Shown piece after piece: positions 58,301 through 64,000 of a DNA stretch of 64,000 nucleotides. The position numbers were made by a program, and so were the translations under genes. The notes beneath the pieces were generated by a model that did not search any database, was not told where the DNA came from, and worked only from the letters and a program-made list of their open reading frames with translations. Each line of letters starts with the position of its first letter. Positions within the stretch are counted from its first letter, which is position 1. Source of the stretch: Parcubacteria bacterium OLB19 (GTDB lineage Bacteria; Patescibacteriota; Minisyncoccia; Phycocordibacterales; UBA918); assembly GCA_001567365.1 (NCBI GenBank), contig JZEL01000010.1, positions 15,030-79,029 on the forward strand, in the 5' to 3' direction.

Positions 58301-61025
58301 CAAAATTGCGAATATAACCACTACGGCCAAGACCATCAGGAACCGCAGTGCCATTTACTCTCACCTCAACACCTATACGAGTACGACTACTATTACCGTC
58401 AGTTCTCTGTTGTGGTACAGTTACAGCCAAGAGATAATCACCACTTTGTTTTAATGTGACCTTATGTGTATCTGTTGTAGTTGAATGAGTGAAATAGTAG
58501 GAATCAACAGTTGAAGTACTCCACTGGAGAGGACTTGGTGAAGCATTAAGATTTGTACCACCTACAGTTCTAGTACCAGTAAACCAACCAATTCCTGTTA
58601 ATGCGTCGGAAGCTATTTGCCATTGCCTTAACTCTCTAAAACCATCCATATTAAGTGGACCCAAAAGATACATATACGGACTAATATCTGGTGCGTCAAA
58701 CTTATATCTAAATTGTACTGACTTACCTTCTTCAAGATTAACATTTCGCCAAACAAGCTCGGTATAATCTGGTAAAGTGATAATTTCGGCACCACCAGTA
58801 TCCTCTATCACAAATCCTCTTGGTAATCTCTCTACCACATCACCATCATAGATGCGGTTTGCTTTTACGTTAATTGTAACTTCATATGGCGAAGGGGGAT
58901 AGATACGTGTTGGGGCGGTTCTCTCAATATCGTAAGGAATATACTCTCGCACCTCAAAAGTGTCACGGATATTATGAACCACACTTCCATCAGCATTTAA
59001 ATGCTGTAGCTGTATTGTATAAAGGCCAATCTTATCTGTTTTATCAAAATCAGCTAAATAATCTGGTACATCAGTGACGTTATTCTTACCACAATGTCCA
59101 GACTGACTTACTGGTGTCTCATATATATTATTTTCCGGATCAACAATTTTTAGCTGTAAATTAGCATCACAAATAGTGTCTCCCTTGTCCGTCAAAGCTG
59201 CCAAATTAAGTTTTACTTTTTCGTTTGGTAGATACATTGTCTTGGTAGTATTTACTGCTAAGACACCCCAATAGAATTCAAAACTATCAGTGTATAGTGT
59301 TTCATTTTCATTCACCACCACCTCGATTTTGTATTTACCTGGTAATAGTTTTTGTGGTTGCTCTAAGAACTTTATTGTCCAGGTTTTATCATCCTGATAA
59401 ATAAAATCAACTGGTACAGTTATGGCGACTCCATTTTGATCAATCACACTAACAGCATCAATTTTATATACATTCTCACTGAAGATTGAGTTGAAGATAC
59501 GTTTAAAGAAGTTTTGTTGCGGTGAATAATTTAAAGTAAATGTTGGTAGTGAGCTTAACGTAAAATCTAATTCCGTATCATTGAGTTCGTGGAATTTTGG
59601 CTCTAACAAACTTCTCTCGTAAGTAATTTGATTAGTCAAATCATTTGGATCTGGTTTTTCATAGAATGAGGATGATTCTACCTCTAACCACAAACTTTCA
59701 ACATAAGCACGTTCTAGATTATCAATATTACCTTGATATGAAACTCTTACCTGCAACTTAGCAATATCACCCTGATTAGCTGGATCTTCCAAAGAAACAA
59801 GGAAATAACCTCCATTAATACTGTTGGATACTTCGTCCTCTATATCAATAACAGTGGCTGTTTGCCAACCCTTACCATCGCCATAATCATATTCCACGAC
59901 AAACCGTTGTAACTCTGACTCATTAAGATTCTTAGTTTGACCAGCCAATGAAAGACGAAGCTGCGCTGAGGTAATAAATTTACCTGATTCAAATTCTGGC
60001 ATCATAAAACCAGAGAAGACCATATCGTAGGTTTTACAATTTGGCGAAGCATTACATTCTTCTTTTACAGTTGGTGGTGGTACATAGTTATCATTTTCCG
60101 TATCTGTAGTCACCTCCTCAGTAGCATCCTCAGTCTCTGCCACAGTTTCAACAATGTCACTTTCGGTATTATCAACTTGCAAATCTTGATTCTCTTCACT
60201 AGCCACATCACTAACATCAACTGTTTCTGTTTCTGATTGATTCACATCACTCGAAGATTCAACTTCAATTGCTTCATCCGTAGTAGAGACATCATTTTGA
60301 TCAACATTAGATTCAACAGAATTTTCCTCCTCTACAACATCATTGCTTTCTGTATTACTTTCAGTTGTGGTCACATAAGTAGTAATTGATTCTTGCAACA
60401 ATGGATAAGTTTTTTGAGATTGTGTAAACACACCCCAATTCACGTCATTTTTAAAATTAAAAGATGTTTCATTTTGAGGAGCAACTTCAGTGTTATCCGC
60501 TTCTGGCTCACTACTACTATCTGTAGCTTCAACCTCTTCAACTGTTGGGTCAGAATTTTCACTTTCCACTTCAACCTCCTCTACAGGTGACTGTGGAGAT
60601 AAATCTGTAGGAGTAGACTCTGAGTTTACAGACTCATCAACCGTTTCCGTTGAAGTGGTGTCGTTCAATCCATCCACAGGAGACATATCACCTTCAGTTT
60701 CGATTACTGATGAGGTATCAGTAACACTATCAATCACAGGCAACGGGGCTGGTGCAACAACAACAGAATCAATAAAGGCAGAGTTCTCTGGTGAAAAATT
60801 CTGGAAAAGTGATTCTGAAGAAATATCCTGACCTAGAGTCTTTTCTGGTTGTGACCAAGTATTCGAAGTTACAGAATCAGGAATAATTACTAGTTGTTCG
60901 GAAACAATTTCAGTTCTATCTACCGTAGCATACACAAAAATACCCACAAGCAACACAAAAATTGCCAGCATCCATAAAGAAATTCTACGGAAAAAAGCCT
61001 TAAAAATCATTACATAACAACCCAC
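52374..61025 (-). CDS. Giant membrane-anchored surface protein (2883 aa): N-terminal TM, an acidic stalk, Ig-like domains, three ~115-aa FTHS repeats, three FN3-like YYWRVRARD modules, a propeller-like module and a LamG/ConA-like domain. Probably the upstream half of one ORF continuing into 41131..52374.
   Basis: N-terminal TM is ISLWMLAIFVLLVGIFVYA. A D/E/S/T/V-rich region of ~300 aa follows. FN3-like modules end in YYWRVRARDTGGSNEYGEWST / YWWRVRGQDISGSGEYGDWST / YWWRVRARDPGGDNIWSKYS. LamG-like stretch: NAIDLDGNDGGVFQ...FTASMWWY...GRLDELRFSNVRRSNGW. The stop TGA overlaps the next ATG (ATGA at 52372..52376). Confidence 0.7.
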   Translation of the reverse strand: MGCYVMIFKAFFRRISLWMLAIFVLLVGIFVYATVDRTEIVSEQLVIIPDSVTSNTWSQPEKTLGQDISSESLFQNFSPENSAFIDSVVVAPAPLPVIDSVTDTSSVIETEGDMSPVDGLNDTTSTETVDESVNSESTPTDLSPQSPVEEVEVESENSDPTVEEVEATDSSSEPEADNTEVAPQNETSFNFKNDVNWGVFTQSQKTYPLLQESITTYVTTTESNTESNDVVEEENSVESNVDQNDVSTTDEAIEVESSSDVNQSETETVDVSDVASEENQDLQVDNTESDIVETVAETEDATEEVTTDTENDNYVPPPTVKEECNASPNCKTYDMVFSGFMMPEFESGKFITSAQLRLSLAGQTKNLNESELQRFVVEYDYGDGKGWQTATVIDIEDEVSNSINGGYFLVSLEDPANQGDIAKLQVRVSYQGNIDNLERAYVESLWLEVESSSFYEKPDPNDLTNQITYERSLLEPKFHELNDTELDFTLSSLPTFTLNYSPQQNFFKRIFNSIFSENVYKIDAVSVIDQNGVAITVPVDFIYQDDKTWTIKFLEQPQKLLPGKYKIEVVVNENETLYTDSFEFYWGVLAVNTTKTMYLPNEKVKLNLAALTDKGDTICDANLQLKIVDPENNIYETPVSQSGHCGKNNVTDVPDYLADFDKTDKIGLYTIQLQHLNADGSVVHNIRDTFEVREYIPYDIERTAPTRIYPPSPYEVTINVKANRIYDGDVVERLPRGFVIEDTGGAEIITLPDYTELVWRNVNLEEGKSVQFRYKFDAPDISPYMYLLGPLNMDGFRELRQWQIASDALTGIGWFTGTRTVGGTNLNASPSPLQWSTSTVDSYYFTHSTTTDTHKVTLKQSGDYLLAVTVPQQRTDGNSSRTRIGVEVRVNGTAVPDGLGRSGYIRNFGSHSESSTHTTFLLKDISPNDYVEVYTVGLTTIDAGDVVNVTGKAGLYMEYIASTRDVFSATTTRTTNSTNLNQTTAYSLQWTETRQDSGFTHSDSVNPENIIIANAGTYMVTVNVPLTGGTAQQSVLGRVRLDGVQVNGGIFAQGYTQSTANEDDGDSSIHWSGIVVATTTNQVLTITTEREAAAGTSTVSTGFVGSIFVEKLSTSDMIVLEGVRLVSGTNWNPAAASSVQWATQRVYDTSVFTHSTSSNSHQITVDEAGSYFVVYNDALNGTVNRSNTTVKILVNGSEVSGAQVKSHYIRNQSGHTNSSGSLVYLLENLSANDIISVTSIQEAGAGTLDDTTPALLMVWQKTQLNERPVAPTLYDAPFNNIRFASTTPYFDFSASDPDGTSDIQYQFSISTTSSFTASTTRVSGTHSGFSNTASSTDTSPFVEGNKIRYQLQSADALTDLQTYYWRVRARDTGGSNEYGEWSTTQSLTVDMSAQAPNWYQTYSDQFDGDTLVGTVSNASDKVQVDATEATEMLIVYGEGSNTSPRYRLWNGSAWGVEGSAVAVSNTINWVRTASGVTRDEYALITLDQSNDAYAQIFSASSSSWGNQKLLSPALTTNTYRGIAITYESLSGDAMAVSCDGNDAVYSIWNGTSWSATTSITVASANACNMLEIASNPASDEIILIVRDTGTQYETFVWDGTAWVDSRVIGSPASAGVEAMSVMFESSGDQAVIAVGNGTANSIAYTVWDGTELSPNTTQAIGNDFLFGRMTADKDTDKILLCYVDASTDIGILEWDGGAWNTFQEVETTANGTTGRPVECTYEDVVGRTDYHMVIYSDTTDTRYRHGTTTTSWSTEATVSTISDSFWVQTERADDGVVVAVTLDDTSDDLESAYWNGTSWSTKDTIETSPSSVIAAPYEMFDMVAKRFQYSEGVVTTPVIDFDWVPNQPTWGDVSFSTTEPLGTDVKVSVLYSSTTACDTLVPDGVLSGNSTGFDVSDTPIDLTGLSTSTYNQICLEATITTVGSQSASLDDWTLSWMREPKITQSNYRWYVNGSFLTPTDPWPSGVIDIAENTAISSSYAINSGSAIRLRMSLKGANVTLPAFSEAFKLQYAEGSNCSPSLTWHDVGDPASTTAVWRGHENSIAGSDWLASGWGKRIKITVESDVVEDDVTNFPVYVDLADLPSTFFQNVQSDGDDIRVTQDDGLTEVPYELVFINTGSETGELHFKATLSSTTDKEYYIYYDNPSASGYSVSATYGSRNVWTNGYSLRYQMGNNPAGSSPQFRDSTSNANHAVARAGMTSGDVIVGKIGNAIDLDGNDGGVFQTALAYTGEFTASMWWYSSSTGYAIAGPSGANEKLGPWSSPSGKLFARVISSSDSSVDYPAHSQWNHVVLTRDSSNKVDIHINGTTTRLFSDVAQSGTSDWQNFGGETTEGFVGRLDELRFSNVRRSNGWIATEFNNQSNPTGFYAVSAEEYIGDGLSLTSTLLTDSDTFETYEEINPTEENQNSLPVDDDTEWDFAIQNNNATSSTNYCFRMVYSDGSVFNTYTNYPRLITNAPPLAPDLYAPFDNEKLASTTPWFEFASIDELGDDVAYQIQISTDVNFGSTVIDNDSVTNFTLFENTLDPDMKSEFTSGQRIKYTPTTSLTNGNTYWWRVRGQDISGSGEYGDWSTPESFTIDTGTLISTWYQTTGDQFNTDTLLDTINSTSTNDVGIDSSFTAGTTTSSVIDFDDGTVGNAWGALLFTHNVTSGSIRYYVEYRVSGENYSLIPDSALSGNSTGFTSSPVSLSTVNPETYNEIRIRAVFSGNSTLPRLLDWTVTWDETIEVPTLVQYFDNAKVATTTPTFTFYTTDPESDDIQYQLQISSTYDFTSSSTFTSGTNAGFANTASSTDISPFISGNTVSYTAQAALTNGNTYWWRVRARDPGGDNIWSKYSDQRSFTVDTAITVSTWHQTTGEQFDTDTLTDIETSAGGAQITTTITEV

Positions 61026-61062
61026 CTACCATTTTCAGGTAGAAAGGGTTCAAGAATATTAT

Positions 61063-61097
61063 AACCCGCTATCTTACGATAGGCGGGTTATTTTTCC
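61063..61097 (-). terminator. Intergenic hairpin with adjacent T-tract; candidate (bidirectional) terminator between 61111..62649 and the giant gene
   Basis: AACCCGCTATC-ttac-GATAGGCGGGTT followed by ATTTTTCC on the + strand. On the minus strand the stem is followed by AUAAUAUUCUU. Confidence 0.35.
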
Positions 61098-61110
61098 TCA
61101 TTGTGTGGAT

Positions 61111-62649
61111 TTACTTAAGGATAGCTTTTACGTCATTTATTTCCTTCTCAATGAGTGTTTCGGACACTTCGAGAGCTTGATTTAATCCCTCTACAGCATC
61201 CTTCTCATTTTTAGATAAGCGCTTCCGTTTCGTAATCATGTTGATTTGATCATATATTTCATCACGGAGAGCAGAGAAGATTTTTTCCATCTGATCCTGA
61301 ACCTCTCTAGTTTCCCTTCGTAATTTATCTTCCTTAATCTTGATTTGCTTTCGCTCATACCAAATGTAGATAAATTGAAGAATTATGATTGTAATCAGGA
61401 AGAAGATAAATATGTTGGTAGCGGTAAGGAAACTCCAAAATGATTTTTCTTCTTCAATTTCAACTGGTTTTACCCAACCGGCAGTAATCAGTACAGCCTT
61501 GGTACTTTCTCTAATATTACCAGCCTTATCGTATGCAACCACTTTAACTGTATAAGTACCATCTTCTAATTCCTTTAAAAGATATCCTAATTTAGCCTCA
61601 TCTGGAGTAACTCTTATCGGTTCTTTATCAGCAATTGTAAGCTCGTAATAATCTATGCCCGATGTTTTATCATTTGCCTCAAACACAATCATTGGGAATG
61701 AGGATGGAGTTGTTCCGGTTCTCACCACCACTTCAAATTGTTCTGGTGGAGTAGTATCAATTTGTATTTTTCTATTTAACACCGCTCCCCAACCAACTTG
61801 ATTTTTAAACTTAATGCTTAGGTACTGAATACCATCACCTATCAAATCTTTTGTCACTCTAAATTCATCTATTGGTGGTTCAAGTATAGCTTTTTTATTC
61901 AATTCAGGTTGATTTTCACTTGAAGTAGCTATTTCAATTGCTACTGCATTCACATCAAATGGTAAAGTCCAATTAAATATTCCTTCGGTGGTATTGTACC
62001 AGACTTCAGAATCAAGGAAGACCTGTGAACCGACTTCTGGCGCTCTAGGTGGATCACCAAACACAATCGCCTCTTCGGTTTCTGGTTTTTTAGGTTTTTC
62101 TTCCTCCACCTCTGCTACCGGTGTTGGTGTCGGTGTCACAGTTGCCTCACCGATAGTAAACGAAGCGGGTGCAGAAGATTGGTAAACATCTGTCCCTTGA
62201 CCATCGTTAAGTAAAACTGAGGCGTTTGAAAAAGAAACTGATGCACTACCTACTTTTGTCGCTCGCCAAGTTATGGAAAAAAGGTTTGAAGCGGAAGAAA
62301 ACGGTGTTTGACTACCACCACCAAAAGTTACAGTACCAGCTGAATTTGAAAAAGTAGGTTCTACTGTCCAAAGTGTAAACGCAGAACCGGTTTTACTAAT
62401 ACTGACCACGGTAATAACAGAAGGATCAAACTTTAGAGTAGCTTCAACTGCATTGATACTCTTTCCATCTGGCTGTACCCTAACATTAGTAGTGAAAGTC
62501 TGACCAGAACTATAAGAACCACTACCGGGATTCAACTGTAAAGTTGCCGCCTCTGCCACTGACGAAACAAAAAAAATAAAAAGTAGCGAGCACAGTAAAA
62601 AAGTGATTTTTGTTATTTTTATAATATTTGTTAATCGACTAATGAACAT
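61111..62649 (-). CDS. Membrane-anchored cohesin-like scaffold protein (paralog of 28553..30277): signal, cohesin-like domain, Pro/Thr linker, Ig-like domains, TM and a cytoplasmic coiled-coil
   Basis: ATLQLNPGSGSYSSGQTFTTNVRVQPDGKSINAVEATLKFDPSVITVVSI...FSNSAGTVTFGGG...LLNDGQGTDV. Linker is TPTPTPVAEVEEEKPKKPE. TM is FLTATNIFIFFLITIIILQFIYIW. The C-terminus is K/E-rich coiled-coil. Confidence 0.5.
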   Translation of the reverse strand: MFISRLTNIIKITKITFLLCSLLFIFFVSSVAEAATLQLNPGSGSYSSGQTFTTNVRVQPDGKSINAVEATLKFDPSVITVVSISKTGSAFTLWTVEPTFSNSAGTVTFGGGSQTPFSSASNLFSITWRATKVGSASVSFSNASVLLNDGQGTDVYQSSAPASFTIGEATVTPTPTPVAEVEEEKPKKPETEEAIVFGDPPRAPEVGSQVFLDSEVWYNTTEGIFNWTLPFDVNAVAIEIATSSENQPELNKKAILEPPIDEFRVTKDLIGDGIQYLSIKFKNQVGWGAVLNRKIQIDTTPPEQFEVVVRTGTTPSSFPMIVFEANDKTSGIDYYELTIADKEPIRVTPDEAKLGYLLKELEDGTYTVKVVAYDKAGNIRESTKAVLITAGWVKPVEIEEEKSFWSFLTATNIFIFFLITIIILQFIYIWYERKQIKIKEDKLRRETREVQDQMEKIFSALRDEIYDQINMITKRKRLSKNEKDAVEGLNQALEVSETLIEKEINDVKAILK

Positions 62650-62672
62650 AAGGAACTGTAGAAAAATTAATC

Positions 62673-63137
62673 TTACTTTGTAACCGACCTTCGATCCTGC
62701 TTTATTCTTAATCTAACCCTCTCTTTTTCTGAAGCCTTAAGCAAAGGGAGAATCAAGATAAGAACTCCGTTTTTTATTTTAGCTTCCGCTTTTTCTATAT
62801 CAACACTTTCAGGCAAGATAATTCGTCTATAGAAATCTCCCCAAACACACTCCTGAGCAAAGAATGCACCTTGTTCCTTCTTTTTTGAGAAAACTAAATA
62901 TTCCGGTCTTATTCTCCTTCCTTCAATCAAAACTATATCAGCATCGCCTTCAATTGAAACATTAACGTCATTCATATCAGCTCCTGCTGATTGAGCATAA
63001 ATCACAATCATTTTTTCGGTTTGGTAAACATCTACATCAAGCTGAGCAACCTTATCCGCTGCTGTCTCTTCTGAATCTGATTGCAATGCTTGACCCGATC
63101 TTACACCACGATTTTTTAATCTTTGCAGGAATGACAT
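62673..63137 (-). CDS. Hsp20/alpha-crystallin family small heat-shock protein
   Basis: ACD hallmarks: LDVDVYQTEKMIVIYAQSAG...FYRRIILPESVDIEKAEAKIKNGVLILILP. Confidence 0.75.
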   Translation of the reverse strand: MSFLQRLKNRGVRSGQALQSDSEETAADKVAQLDVDVYQTEKMIVIYAQSAGADMNDVNVSIEGDADIVLIEGRRIRPEYLVFSKKKEQGAFFAQECVWGDFYRRIILPESVDIEKAEAKIKNGVLILILPLLKASEKERVRLRIKQDRRSVTK

Positions 63138-63188
63138 ACTATTAATATTATATATATTGTATTTATGATTTTAGTGACATACCCACAG

Positions 63189-64000
63189 CTAGCCAGTCCA
63201 GTTAAAGAGCAAGATTGAGAAGTCAGTTAGGTTAACCTTCGTGTCGACATTAATATCAGCAGATGGATCTGATGTTCCTCCATCAGTGTTCCACCAAAAA
63301 AGTAGAATTGAGAAGTCCGTTAGATTAACCTTCCCATCACGATTCAAATCTGCTGTTCGTGGCTTCACTGCCTTTTGTCCAACTCCGTATAAAAGATAAT
63401 TTGAGAAGTTGGTAAAAATAGTTCCTGACGTTTGTTTAGATTTAGCTCTGATTTTGTAAGTTCCAACCGAAAATCCATTAGTAGCGATTGTAGTACTCCA
63501 AAAACCGTCTGAGTTAGCACTAGCTGTGAAAGCTTTAAGAGTAACCGGGGAGTTTTCTTTCATATTTTCTAAGTTTACTTCAGAATTAGGTAAAGCATAA
63601 CCACTAACTGACAATTCTTGTCCAGGATCTACCGGATCGGGGGTTACAACTATTGTTGGCGCAATATTAATATTCGTCAAAGTCGAGGTTCTTGCCCCTG
63701 CCACAGTAAAGGAAGTACTGAATGTGGATGATTTTATTTTTTTTGAGTCAATTGCATAGACACCAAAAGTATATGCACCTCTAGCAATTTCATCAATAGT
63801 AATTGAGTATAATCCGTTTCTGTCAGCTCTTCCCTTCACACTTTCCTTACCATCAACTAATGAAACAATTTCACTATTAGGGTATGCGTAGCCACTAATA
63901 ACAACACGTCCATCGCCACTACGATAGGGAGCATCATCAGATTCAAATCCTCCACCCGCTGTACTACCACTATCTTCTCCATCTCCTCCTCCTCCTCCTC
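63189..64000 (-). CDS. Dockerin-bearing secreted protein (paralog of 32877..33998). The N-terminus lies beyond the window: the frame is open to the edge through a poly-Gly linker.
   Basis: C-terminus DLNRDGKVNLTDFSILLFWW...DINVDTKVNLTDFSILLFNWTG is a double dockerin. The upstream frame continues ...GGGGGDGEDSGSTAGGGFESDDAPYRSGDGRVVISGYAYPNSEIV... with no stop up to position 64000. The listed M at 63839 is actually a GTG codon. Confidence 0.55.
   Translation of the reverse strand, partial: GGGGGDGEDSGSTAGGGFESDDAPYRSGDGRVVISGYAYPNSEIVSLVDGKESVKGRADRNGLYSITIDEIARGAYTFGVYAIDSKKIKSSTFSTSFTVAGARTSTLTNINIAPTIVVTPDPVDPGQELSVSGYALPNSEVNLENMKENSPVTLKAFTASANSDGFWSTTIATNGFSVGTYKIRAKSKQTSGTIFTNFSNYLLYGVGQKAVKPRTADLNRDGKVNLTDFSILLFWWNTDGGTSDPSADINVDTKVNLTDFSILLFNWTG

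Noticed and set aside
63950-64000. CTCCTCCTCCTC simple-sequence repeat at the window end
   Set aside because: On the minus strand it encodes the poly-Gly linker (GGGGG) of the dockerin protein, paralogous to GGGGTSGGGGGGGGGS in 32877..33998. It is coding, not a microsatellite or a telomere-like element.
1-64000. Mobile elements, integrases, transposases or phage genes, sought as an explanation for the accessory-looking surface island
   Set aside because: No recombinase, transposase or phage structural motif was seen in any frame. The island borders housekeeping genes with no tRNA or direct-repeat boundaries in between, so it looks like core (if fast-evolving) surface-protein content rather than a horizontally acquired element.

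Overview
This is a low-GC, densely packed window in which every recognisable gene lies on the minus strand. It carries two themes. (1) Housekeeping genes: uvrC (5' part), uvrA and uvrB, with a two-component system plus a membrane protein wedged between uvrA and uvrB; then tgt, an FKBP PPIase, a CapA-family protein, an AI-2E transporter, glutamate dehydrogenase, a TlpA-like thioredoxin-fold protein and Hsp20. (2) A very large surface-protein island (~16.4-64 kb) with three giant Thr/Ser/Gly-rich proteins: about 2050 aa at 19112..25278, and 2883 aa plus 3747 aa at 41131..61025. The last two abut at an ATGA junction and look like one interrupted ORF of ~6630 aa. These sit beside membrane-anchored cohesin-like scaffold proteins, dockerin-bearing secreted proteins, three paralogous DUF916/CscA-like membrane proteins (one fused to a LytR_C domain), a MacB/FtsX-type ABC transporter and several secreted FN3/Ig-rich proteins. 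The overall picture (giant adhesin-like proteins, strict strand bias, low GC) fits a CPR/Patescibacteria-like or similar small-genome epibiont. At least eight CDSs are broken by single-base indels, most of them inside A/T homopolymers; this points to systematic assembly indels rather than true pseudogenes. I found no rRNA, tRNA, CRISPR array or transposase. The most interesting candidate system is a cellulosome-style cohesin-dockerin cell-surface assembly kit built around giant propeller/beta-helix adhesins that share a conserved C-terminal module.
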